DNA from: Candidatus Moranbacteria bacterium GW2011_GWC2_37_8
Lineage (GTDB): Bacteria > Patescibacteriota > Minisyncoccia > Moranbacterales > GWC2-37-73
NCBI GenBank assembly: GCA_000992165.1
Contig: LBTS01000026.1
Coordinates: 1-38,657, forward strand
Direction of reading: 5' to 3'
Length of the DNA stretch: 38,657 bases
The position numbers and the translations under genes are program-made. The notes beneath the pieces are model-generated. The model worked only from the letters and a program-made list of their open reading frames with translations, ran no database searches and had not been told where the DNA came from. Shown piece after piece: positions 9,023 to 16,450 of the stretch (its first letter is position 1; the number at the start of each line of letters is the position of its first letter).

Positions 9023-9146
9023 TGACGGTCCGGTTAGATTCGAACTAACGTTCCATACTCTCAAACGAAAGTGCCTTGACTAGTAACAACATCTCCCCAG
9101 TCAATGCTTTTCCGTATCACCCTTACTACTATTATTACTCGGTCGC
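9023..9146 (-). ncRNA. tRNA-like RNA B (canonical T-arm, long central hairpin, weak acceptor stem)
   Basis: GTTAG-TTCGAAT-CTAAC T-arm followed by CGGACCG-TCA; central TTGACTGG/CTAGTCAA stem; 5' boundary uncertain. Confidence 0.4.
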
Positions 9147-9175
9147 ACAAAAAAATATTTCAGAAACAATCTATC

Positions 9176-9214
9176 AAAAGAAAAAGACATGCGCAATTTC
9201 TGCGTATGCCTTTC
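9176..9214 (-). terminator. intrinsic terminator after tRNA-like RNA A
   Basis: GAAAGGCATACGCA-GAAA-TTGCGCATGTCTTTTTCTTTT; shares the AAAGGCAT/ATGTCTTT stem with 8984..9019. Confidence 0.7.
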
Positions 9215-9219
9215 ATATA

Positions 9220-9283
9220 TGGGCGGGATGAGTGGGGTTGGAACTGAGAATCCCCAGTAAATCAATCTTGCGATCACATCCCG
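9220..9283 (-). ncRNA. tRNA-like RNA A (64 nt, acceptor stem plus CCA, no anticodon arm)
   Basis: CGGGATG-TG...CATCCCG-C-CCA with internal ATC-GCAA-GAT and TGGGG/CCCCA hairpins. Confidence 0.5.
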
Positions 9284-9309
9284 ATATTCAATGATATCAA
9301 TATTTAAAG

Positions 9310-9337
9310 ATTATATAGCTTCATTATTATTCGTCAA
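9310..9337 (-). promoter_or_regulatory. sigma70 promoter for the tRNA-like locus
   Basis: TTGACG-16 bp-TATAAT, same hexamers and spacing as the tRNA-Lys promoter at 19486. Confidence 0.6.
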
Positions 9338-9743
9338 GTTGCTTCCGTAATATTGAGGATTTATATTTTTCTGGTTCGTAAGCCTCAAGCCTGATAATCT
9401 TTGTCCTATCAAGCCCAAGAGCATCTAGCTTCTGTCGAAGCTCTGGAACCGATTGTTTCTGATCATACCCAAGACAAATCACATCCGGTTTAAAATCCCT
9501 TATCGCACTATACCTATCATCTAAACTTCCAGGAAAAACTTCGTTAGCTAAACCACTTTTTTTAATAGCATTAATTCTTTCCGTTTCAGAATATCTTGGC
9601 AAACGACCCTTAACTTTCAGCACTGTTGCATTTCTAGCCACGATCACACGCAAAAAATCCCCATGCTTGCGAGCCTGTTTCAGAAAGTCTCTGTGCCCTT
9701 CGTGAAAAATATCAAATGTCCCAAAAACCAAAACCTTAGTCAT
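9327..9743 (-). CDS. cytidylyltransferase-family nucleotidyltransferase (RibL-like FAD synthase)
   Basis: VFGTFDIFHEGH HIGH-like motif, PDVICLGYDQ, KSS; start taken at MTKV (9743). Confidence 0.8.
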   Translation of the reverse strand: MTKVLVFGTFDIFHEGHRDFLKQARKHGDFLRVIVARNATVLKVKGRLPRYSETERINAIKKSGLANEVFPGSLDDRYSAIRDFKPDVICLGYDQKQSVPELRQKLDALGLDRTKIIRLEAYEPEKYKSSILRKQLDE

Positions 9744-9875
9744 CCCGCAGTAGAAATTCAGATGGTCTTCGACCAATAAATTTCTAGATAAAAATAATTA
9801 TTACCACTTACTGATTTATATTCTTTTTGAGTGAAATTTAGCTTCATTCTAAATTTCACTGCTGGACAAGTTTCA

Positions 9876-10070
9876 TTATCTTAAAGTATCATTCTTAAAT
9901 TTTTTAACAGATTCTTTTTCATCAATGATTTCTCCCTTGTACAACTTCTGCAGCAAAAGTGGCACTCCGCATTTTTCACATTTCCCCCAAGCGCAAGATT
10001 GCTTCTTTTGAAAATGCTTCCTGCACATTCCGATTTCTTCTTCAAAAGTTTCTTTGGTAATTTTTTTCAT
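9876..10070 (-). CDS. small Cys-rich hypothetical protein
   Basis: 64 aa with C-x8-C-x3-C-x2-C; start at 10070 immediately after the upstream stop. Confidence 0.6.
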   Translation of the reverse strand: MKKITKETFEEEIGMCRKHFQKKQSCAWGKCEKCGVPLLLQKLYKGEIIDEKESVKKFKNDTLR

Positions 10071-10071
10071 A

Positions 10072-10329
10072 TTAGTCAAAGCCAATAACCTGATATCCAT
10101 ATTTCTCAACTTCTTCAGGTGTAAAAAGGTTAATATCTTTTGTTTTTAAAACATAAGTAACTTCTTTTTCCAAAATCCTGCCAGTATAATTCCTGCTTTC
10201 ATCAATTTCACGCAAAATCAAAATATCGCCTATCTCACATTTCCAGTCAGCAAGCCTGAGTTCATATTTTTTACTACCATCCAATATCTTTTCAAAATAT
10301 TGCGATAAAACTTTCTTTTCAATTTTCAT
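10072..10329 (-). CDS. ASCH/PUA-like (DUF3850-like) protein
   Basis: YFEKILDGSKKYELR, GDILILRE and YTGR motifs. Confidence 0.8.
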   Translation of the reverse strand: MKIEKKVLSQYFEKILDGSKKYELRLADWKCEIGDILILREIDESRNYTGRILEKEVTYVLKTKDINLFTPEEVEKYGYQVIGFD

Positions 10330-10333
10330 AATT

Positions 10334-10915
10334 TTACTTAATTTTCAAAAAAGGATTCTCTATTTTAAATGTTATTTCTTTGGTGTTATTTATATCGTCT
10401 TTAGATATTCCATATTTTTCATTGTACAAGGTATCAACAGCACAAAACCGAGCATCATCGTAATTAAATCCTATTTTTTCACTAACATTTTTAACTTCAT
10501 CTTCAGATTTGCCTTCCACCTCCACAAAAGGCTCTACGTAAGGCCATTCATCGATACAAATCTCAACTCCATCCAACTTCCAAATTTCCCTTTTTGTTTC
10601 TTGATAGGATTTATTTCTACATCCCATATTTTCCAGTAGCAGTCTAGCATCATTAAAACTATTAATATGAAGACAAATTTCTTTCTGCTCTTCTATCCCA
10701 CCATCGTTAATAACCTTAAGACTTAAAGTAATTTTATCAGCTTCATCGCGAACTCTAAGCCATCCGCCCTTAATTTCATGGCCACTTGGAAAATAATAAT
10801 TTACTCTTTTTTGTAAAAATTCAGGCCTAATCAATTCAGCGCCTAATTTTCTAAGCCGTTCTCTGATTTCATTTTTGTCGATATTCGGGAAAGTGGCTTC
10901 GTATTCAATCTGCAT
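10334..10915 (-). CDS. CYTH-domain protein (class IV adenylate cyclase / triphosphatase family)
   Basis: N-terminal EYE, WLRVRDE, ETKREIW, ICIDEWP and FVEVEG motifs. Confidence 0.85.
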   Translation of the reverse strand: MQIEYEATFPNIDKNEIRERLRKLGAELIRPEFLQKRVNYYFPSGHEIKGGWLRVRDEADKITLSLKVINDGGIEEQKEICLHINSFNDARLLLENMGCRNKSYQETKREIWKLDGVEICIDEWPYVEPFVEVEGKSEDEVKNVSEKIGFNYDDARFCAVDTLYNEKYGISKDDINNTKEITFKIENPFLKIK

Positions 10916-10918
10916 ATT

Positions 10919-11332
10919 TTAAATGGTTTTTAAAAATTCATCCATATCCTTATAACGCTCATTAAAAACTAGATACAATGTTTCAGGTTTTTCTGGCTCG
11001 CCTATTAAAATTAAAGGCTTACCAAGACCAAAAGCGATGCCAGCCTCCATATGAGCAGATGTTCCGGCCGGTAAAAGTAAGATAACTTTTTCTGCATTTT
11101 TTAATCCTTCCAGATCTTCTTCAAAAACCTCTTTAAAATATTTGTCATCATAAAAATCTTTCACTGATTCAAAAACCTTCATTTGTTCTTCTGGATGTGC
11201 ATCAGCATTATTCGGATCAGCAGGCTTAAGACAAAAGTTATAGCAACTTTTACCTTTTTCTTCAAGTTTTTTAATCAGCAATTCACATTGTTCCTTGTTT
11301 CTAAATCTTGAAATTAGAGTGTAGTCAGTCAT
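10919..11332 (-). CDS. nucleoside 2-deoxyribosyltransferase-like protein
   Basis: DLEGLKNAE..LLLPAGTSAHMEAGIAFGLGKP motif; start taken at MTDY. Confidence 0.7.
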   Translation of the reverse strand: MTDYTLISRFRNKEQCELLIKKLEEKGKSCYNFCLKPADPNNADAHPEEQMKVFESVKDFYDDKYFKEVFEEDLEGLKNAEKVILLLPAGTSAHMEAGIAFGLGKPLILIGEPEKPETLYLVFNERYKDMDEFLKTI

Positions 11333-11337
11333 ATTTT

Positions 11338-11802
11338 TTAGATTATTTTTAATTCTTTCATCCATTCATACCAAACAATTTCGAGCCCAGGATTTTTTCC
11401 CCATTCTTCTTCTGAAATTTTTCCAGCAGTAAAATCTTCCGTACGCTTTGCCAGTAAGTTCAGTTCATTTTTTGTGACCCATTTATATTGCTTTGTTTCC
11501 TCTTCACTTCTTTTGACTTCACCAGCAACTTCAACTTCAAAAATCTGCCAGTAATGCCAAGTACCGTCAATTCTTCTGCATGGATTTTCTTTGCGACCTT
11601 CTGTTAATAATTTTAAAGATTTTGTTTGCAAACCCACCTCTTCCTCCAATTCTTTTTTGGCAGTGAATTCAAAGTCATCGCCATCACAATGTCCAGCTGG
11701 CGGCGCATATGCAAATGGAAATTTTGCACGCTCAATCAAAAGTAATTTCTCACCTTTCCAAACCAACATTCCAACACATTTATGATCACAAATCTTTGCC
11801 AT
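11338..11802 (-). CDS. NUDIX hydrolase
   Basis: PPAGHCDGDDFEFTAKKELEEEVGL Nudix box. Confidence 0.85.
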   Translation of the reverse strand: MAKICDHKCVGMLVWKGEKLLLIERAKFPFAYAPPAGHCDGDDFEFTAKKELEEEVGLQTKSLKLLTEGRKENPCRRIDGTWHYWQIFEVEVAGEVKRSEEETKQYKWVTKNELNLLAKRTEDFTAGKISEEEWGKNPGLEIVWYEWMKELKII

Positions 11803-11810
11803 ATAATTGT

Positions 11811-11928
11811 GTCATTCCGGACTTGATCCGGAATCCAGGATTTATAACTACCATTAACAATAAACGCTATTTCCTATTAACTTACTTAATCCTGTTTTAT
11901 CCTGGATTCCTGCCTACGCAGGAATGAC
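11811..11928. repeat. REP-like inverted doublet (REPIN-like)
   Basis: Left unit GTCATTCCGGACTTGATCCGGAATCCAGGAT and right unit ATCCTGGATTCCTGCCTACGCAGGAATGAC, each internally palindromic and inverted to each other. Confidence 0.85.
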
Positions 11929-11933
11929 AAGGT

Positions 11934-12365
11934 TTATAATTTTATGTTATTCAGATCTCCATTGAGCACCACATCATACGTCGCTTTAATTTCATCCGCA
12001 TATGAAACTTCTTCGGGAATAGGATTTAAAAGAAAAATTTTCTTATCGTGCACATGCGCATAACCGATCTCCATCAGCACATTTCCGCCTATGTAGTTTT
12101 TAATGCCCTTCTTATCAAAATTTAAAACCAAAATACCATCACTATTGCAAATTGCGTCGTAGTACCATTTTATATATCCTTGAGCCTTCTTTGCTTCAGC
12201 GTGCTCACCATTAATCACTTGATTCCAAATCTCTTGTTTATCGCCATTAATAAATGCTTCATAATCCGGATGCACAATTGCCTCATGACCTAGATCAGCA
12301 AGAAGCTTTTTATATTCAATCATCTTTTCCTTGAAAGCTGAACTCCCACAAATAGTAATTTTCAT
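11934..12365 (-). CDS. nucleoside 2-deoxyribosyltransferase-like protein
   Basis: ITICGS, SDGILVLN and YIGGNVLMEIGYA motifs. Confidence 0.65.
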   Translation of the reverse strand: MKITICGSSAFKEKMIEYKKLLADLGHEAIVHPDYEAFINGDKQEIWNQVINGEHAEAKKAQGYIKWYYDAICNSDGILVLNFDKKGIKNYIGGNVLMEIGYAHVHDKKIFLLNPIPEEVSYADEIKATYDVVLNGDLNNIKL

Positions 12366-12366
12366 A

Positions 12367-12720
12367 TTATTTTTTTACCATGCTACATTTTTCAAATGAA
12401 GCGTTCTTATCAATATCGAAAACTTCCACAACTTGATATTTTCCCTTGGTGCAAACTTCTCCGTTTTCAATGAAATGCGTCACTTCTAAAATATTCACAT
12501 TAGCATGAGATTTGGAAAAACTTCCTCCAGTGGTGGTTGTTTCAATGAGTGAAACCTCGCCTTTTAAATAATAAATTCTTTGTTCTTTTTTAAAAAAATC
12601 ATAGACTTTTCCTTCTTCAAGCTTTTCAGGGATACATTCTTCAATTTTTCTTCGACCAGCTTTGAACTCAGAAATATCACGAAGTGCTAAATCCGGATTA
12701 AATTCAACTGCAATACCCAT
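12367..12720 (-). CDS. hypothetical protein
   Basis: 117-aa ORF abutting the next gene (1-nt gap). Confidence 0.7.
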   Translation of the reverse strand: MGIAVEFNPDLALRDISEFKAGRRKIEECIPEKLEEGKVYDFFKKEQRIYYLKGEVSLIETTTTGGSFSKSHANVNILEVTHFIENGEVCTKGKYQVVEVFDIDKNASFEKCSMVKK

Positions 12721-12724
12721 AGGA

Positions 12725-12832
12725 TTAGCTTTTTAGCTTCTTAGGCTTTAGCTTTTTAGCAAAGCAAGAGCTAACAATTAAATTATTATACATATATAAC
12801 TAAAAAGCTAATAAGCTAACACCTAAAAAGCT
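12725..12832. repeat. 8-mer inverted tandem-repeat cassette
   Basis: Left arm (TAGCTTTT)n 12725-12760; inverted right arm CTAAAAAGCTAATAAGCTAACACCTAAAAAGCT 12800-12832. Confidence 0.9.
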
Positions 12833-12833
12833 G

Positions 12834-13415
12834 TCAGATATAAAACTCTTTTTGAAAATCTTTTATCACCTCCTTGAAAAGTTCCTTTTCTTTTTCAAAA
12901 AAAACTTTATCAGAATATTCCTTTTCAAGTCTTTCAATATCAAGAACATTCATTTCAACATGATCCTCACCTGAAATTATTGATGCGCCTGAACCGTGAA
13001 ATTCTGGAAAAAAATGTGCGAGAGCATCAGCAGTAGCAACAATTTTTTCTTCAACTGTCTCAGGAATGTACAATTTGCATCTGTGTTTCAAGACTATGTC
13101 CCTGACCTTTTGAGCAGTCTCAGGGGGTGCCCAATGAACAATAAGGAATTCATATGCCTTACCTGCCCCAATTTCATCATGTGGCTCCGCATTCTCGATA
13201 AGCGCCATATCGTGCAGAAGTGCGCCAAGATGGATAATCTCCGCGTCTCCACCATATCGAAGTGCCATCTCACGACTATACGCAACAACCGGCACAATGT
13301 GATGATTCCAAAAATGCTCCAACAGTTTTTTTCTTTGTGGCTCACCCGCAGCTTCCAAATGCATTCTCTTGACTTCTTCTTCAATTTTATAAATGTCGAA
13401 TTTTTTTGTATTCAT
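12834..13415 (-). CDS. HD-domain phosphohydrolase, paralog of 5148..5720
   Basis: FWNHH..PV, LLHD, PHD, KHR and KIVATADA motifs. Confidence 0.85.
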   Translation of the reverse strand: MNTKKFDIYKIEEEVKRMHLEAAGEPQRKKLLEHFWNHHIVPVVAYSREMALRYGGDAEIIHLGALLHDMALIENAEPHDEIGAGKAYEFLIVHWAPPETAQKVRDIVLKHRCKLYIPETVEEKIVATADALAHFFPEFHGSGASIISGEDHVEMNVLDIERLEKEYSDKVFFEKEKELFKEVIKDFQKEFYI

Positions 13416-13464
13416 ATATAGATTTATCCCATCTATAATTATTTAAAATGAAAGAAAAATAGGA

Positions 13465-14922
13465 TTAATCCTGCTTCTCTTTCATTGGTGGGAAGATTAC
13501 ACATTCACGGACTGATTTATTCATAAAGAAAGAGAAGAGTCTTTCAGAAAAACCAAGTCCGAAAGCGTTCGGCATTCCATATTCAAGCGCTTCAAGGAAA
13601 TCTTCGTCAATCATTTGCGCTTCTGCATCTCCTGCTTCGCGAAGTTTCATTTGCGCTTCAAAGCGCTCTCTTTGATCAATCGGGTCATTAAGCTCAGCAA
13701 AGGCATTGCAAAGCTCAGCTGTACCTGCCACAACTTGAAAGCGTAAAACTTTATTAGGATTGCTTGGATCCTTTTTAGCAAGTGGAGAAACTTCAATCGG
13801 ATGACCAACAAGCATGCAAGGTTGGATAAGTTTCTGACGCACTGTTTTTTTATAAATCGTATCAATCATTTTTCCTTTGCCTGCAGCTGTGTCATATTTG
13901 ATTTTCAATTCTTCAGCCTTAGCGCGCAATTGCTCAACCGTGACATCAGCTGACAAATCAATTCCTGTTTCTTTTTGAAAAGCCTCGAAATAATCAACAT
14001 GCGGAAAATCAATATTCCAATTGATAATATTTCCTTCATATTCATGCTCATATTTTCCAAGCACCTTGAAAGCAATTTCCTTATACATTCTCTCAGTCAT
14101 TTCCATACCTTTTTGAAGATCGCTATATGCCCAATAAAATTCCATGTGATCAAATTCTTGAAGATGTGTCCGGTCAACTCCCTCATTGCGAAAAACACGC
14201 CCAATTTCAAAAACTTTTTCATATCCTCCAACTAAAAGTCTCTTGAGTGGAAGTTCCAAAGAAATACGCATAAAGAAATCTTGATCCAAAGCGTTATGAT
14301 GTGTAATAAATGGTTCAGCGTCAGCTCCACCCGGAGTGTGTTCGAGCACTGGACTTTGCACTTCCAGAAATCCTTCGTTGGTCAAAAAATTTCTCGTCGT
14401 TTGCCAGAAAGTATTTTTCTTGCGAAACAGTTCGCGAGTATCTTCATTTATCATCAAATCCAAATAGCGCCGGCGCAAAAGTTCTTCTTCATCTTTGATT
14501 CCGAAATGTTCAGTTGGAATCGGACGAATATTTTTGCTCAATAATTTCCAATCAACAACTTTCAAAGATTTTTCTTCAGTCTTTGTCAAAAATAATTCCC
14601 CGGTTACTTGGACAAAATCTCCTAATTCAACGTTTTTCGTGAACAATTTGAAAAGATTTTCATCCATGTTTCCCTTGTTGAAAAACAGTTGCATCTTTCC
14701 AGATTCATCTTCAATATTTGCAAATGCGCTTCCACCCATCGGACGAAGTGACCTTACTCGTCCAGCCAGTGTGATTTTCTTCTCTCCAATTTCAGAAAAC
14801 TTTTCAAGCGCTTCTTTATTAGAAATATCCCTTTCCGTTTTTTCCGGATAAGCATCCATGCCATAGTCCTTGATGTTTTTCAATTTATCAAGTTTAGTTT
14901 GCAAAATATCTTCTCGTATCAT
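13465..14922 (-). CDS. lysS: lysyl-tRNA synthetase (class II)
   Basis: RRRYLDL, GGADAEPFITHH, FRNEG, ELCNAFAELNDP, ALEYGMP. Confidence 0.97.
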   Translation of the reverse strand: MIREDILQTKLDKLKNIKDYGMDAYPEKTERDISNKEALEKFSEIGEKKITLAGRVRSLRPMGGSAFANIEDESGKMQLFFNKGNMDENLFKLFTKNVELGDFVQVTGELFLTKTEEKSLKVVDWKLLSKNIRPIPTEHFGIKDEEELLRRRYLDLMINEDTRELFRKKNTFWQTTRNFLTNEGFLEVQSPVLEHTPGGADAEPFITHHNALDQDFFMRISLELPLKRLLVGGYEKVFEIGRVFRNEGVDRTHLQEFDHMEFYWAYSDLQKGMEMTERMYKEIAFKVLGKYEHEYEGNIINWNIDFPHVDYFEAFQKETGIDLSADVTVEQLRAKAEELKIKYDTAAGKGKMIDTIYKKTVRQKLIQPCMLVGHPIEVSPLAKKDPSNPNKVLRFQVVAGTAELCNAFAELNDPIDQRERFEAQMKLREAGDAEAQMIDEDFLEALEYGMPNAFGLGFSERLFSFFMNKSVRECVIFPPMKEKQD

Positions 14923-14925
14923 GAT

Positions 14926-14964
14926 TTAGCTTCATTAGCTTTTTAGCTTCTTAGCTTCTTAGCT
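14926..14964. repeat. 8-mer TAGCTT(T/C)T tandem repeat, single arm, just before the lysS start
   Basis: ttagcttcattagctttttagcttcttagcttcttagct. Confidence 0.85.
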
Positions 14965-14993
14965 GTCTGAATGAGTTTAGTGATAATACATCA

Positions 14994-15022
14994 ATATTAG
15001 CCTATTATAAGGCTTTTGGCAA
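14994..15022 (-). promoter_or_regulatory. putative lysS promoter
   Basis: TTGCCA-17 bp-TAATAT. Confidence 0.5.
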
Positions 15023-15030
15023 TGATATTC

Positions 15031-15435
15031 AGTTTTCCACATTTCTTTTGCCGCAAAAGAAACCTGGAGGAAAGAAAACTCCCGCACGGAGAAATACGGC
15101 GACAAACTGCACACTTCGCTCGCTAAAATTCCTGAACGCTTCGCTTTCACTCAGTTTTTTGAAAAACTTCGTTCACGGAATTTTTACACTCACTTCGTGG
15201 CAGATTTGTATCGGCGTATTTCTAGTGCGAACTCGGGATGCGTTATTCTAAAGTCCTGAATTTTCCCGCACAACATGAAGTACGTAGGCGAAGCGCAAGT
15301 AATGAGCGTAAAAATTTTTGCGAGACGACCCGAGAGGCGCAGTGAAAATTTTAGCGAAGAACGATGCGCGCGCCACAGTATCTTCATTTGTCGCGAAGCT
15401 TTCTTTGTAACTTTCTTTCGGGGGAAAGAAAGTTA
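15031..15435. mobile_element. ~400-bp multi-hairpin palindromic element (non-autonomous, REP/MITE-like)
   Basis: More GC-rich than its flanks; two long nested hairpins; TTTCTTT..AAAGAAA hairpin motifs at both ends. Confidence 0.55.
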
Positions 15436-15505
15436 ATTTTACTATACATTATTAAAAAATATATAAATTATGTTTAATTAATTAAACATAATTCGTGAAC
15501 CGAGT

Positions 15506-15554
15506 CCTGGATTCCCTGCCTACCGGCAGGCAGGCGGATCAAGTCCGGAATGAC
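15506..15554. repeat. REP unit interrupted by a 20-bp palindrome
   Basis: Removing CCTGCCTACCGGCAGGCAGG (15515-15534) gives the exact reverse complement of 11811-11839. Confidence 0.85.
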
Positions 15555-15578
15555 AAAGACTCAGAACACTAAAACACA

Positions 15579-15604
15579 AAAAGAGCGACCTAAGTCGCTC
15601 TTTT
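15579..15604 (-). terminator. greA terminator (bidirectional type)
   Basis: AAAAGAGCGAC-CTAA-GTCGCTCTTTT. Confidence 0.85.
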
Positions 15605-15629
15605 AAAATAAGTAAAGAAATCTTTTGAA

Positions 15630-16085
15630 TTATTTCACATCCACAATCTGGTATGTAATAACACCCTTAGGAGTAGTTACATCAACAGTGTCTCCAGCGT
15701 TATGTCCCATAAATGCTTTTCCGAGTGGAGATTCATTTGAAATTTTGAAGTTAGCAGGATCAGCTTCATTTGAACCAACAATAGTGAATTCCATTTCAGC
15801 TCCGTTAAACTTCACCTTCACTACACTGCTCATCTGTGCACCTTTTTGAGAATCATCTCTTTCAACAACCTGAGAATTCTTGATAATCATTTCCAATTCA
15901 CCAATCCTTGATTCATTCTCATTCTGCTGAGATTTAGCTTCAGCATATTCAGCATTTTCACTTAAATCACCTTGCTCCTTTGCTTCCTTAATAGCCTGCG
16001 CAATTTCTTGTCGGAGACGAGTTTTGCGATCTTCAAGTTCAACACGTAACTTTTCCAATCCTTCTTTAGTTATAAATCGTACCAT
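15630..16085 (-). CDS. greA: transcription elongation factor GreA
   Basis: QGDLSENAEY, EADP and ISNESPLGKA motifs. Confidence 0.96.
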   Translation of the reverse strand: MVRFITKEGLEKLRVELEDRKTRLRQEIAQAIKEAKEQGDLSENAEYAEAKSQQNENESRIGELEMIIKNSQVVERDDSQKGAQMSSVVKVKFNGAEMEFTIVGSNEADPANFKISNESPLGKAFMGHNAGDTVDVTTPKGVITYQIVDVK

Positions 16086-16166
16086 AGCCTTCTTTCATTT
16101 TAGTGATTAAAAAATACCGCTCGAAAACGGCAAAAACCATACTTATCATGATTTGCAAACACATCT

Positions 16167-16195
16167 ATAATATCGAAAAATTGCCGCCTTGTCAA
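16167..16195 (-). promoter_or_regulatory. greA promoter
   Basis: TTGACA-17 bp-TATTAT. Confidence 0.7.
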
Positions 16196-16300
16196 CCCCG
16201 CTTAGAAATTTCATTTTTATTGTCAAAACTGAAATTTTATATTTTAATTTTCAGATTTTACAAGTTACAAAAAAACTACTTTCGAAATTTCTAACGGGGT
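16195..16300. mobile_element. MITE-like element with 17-bp terminal inverted repeats
   Basis: ACCCCG(C)TTAGAAATTTC ... GAAATTTCTAACGGGGT, flanked by CA on both sides. Confidence 0.6.
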
Positions 16301-16450
16301 CAACCCTATCAAACACCCAACAAAAACCATGGCGATTCATCAATAATATTATACACGCAAAAAATTAATCTTTAATAAAGATTAATTAGTTTAATAGGGT
16401 AAAAAGTTGAAAAATTAACAGAAAAACTTCCAATTCATACAGCGGATACC

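Noticed and set aside
9327..13415. Integron cassette array
   Set aside because: No intI gene, and most junctions are 1-5 nt with no room for attC sites
15048..15387. ORFs 15048..15251 (+) and 15190..15387 (-)
   Set aside because: They fall inside the palindromic element and have no protein-like features
15031..15435. T-box or lysine riboswitch controlling lysS
   Set aside because: No GGTGGTACC-type T-box motif was seen on the minus strand, and a putative lysS promoter lies downstream of the element
15451..15500. dif (XerCD) site
   Set aside because: TTATGTTTAAT resembles a XerD arm, but the two copies are tail-to-tail and there is no XerC arm across a 6-bp spacer
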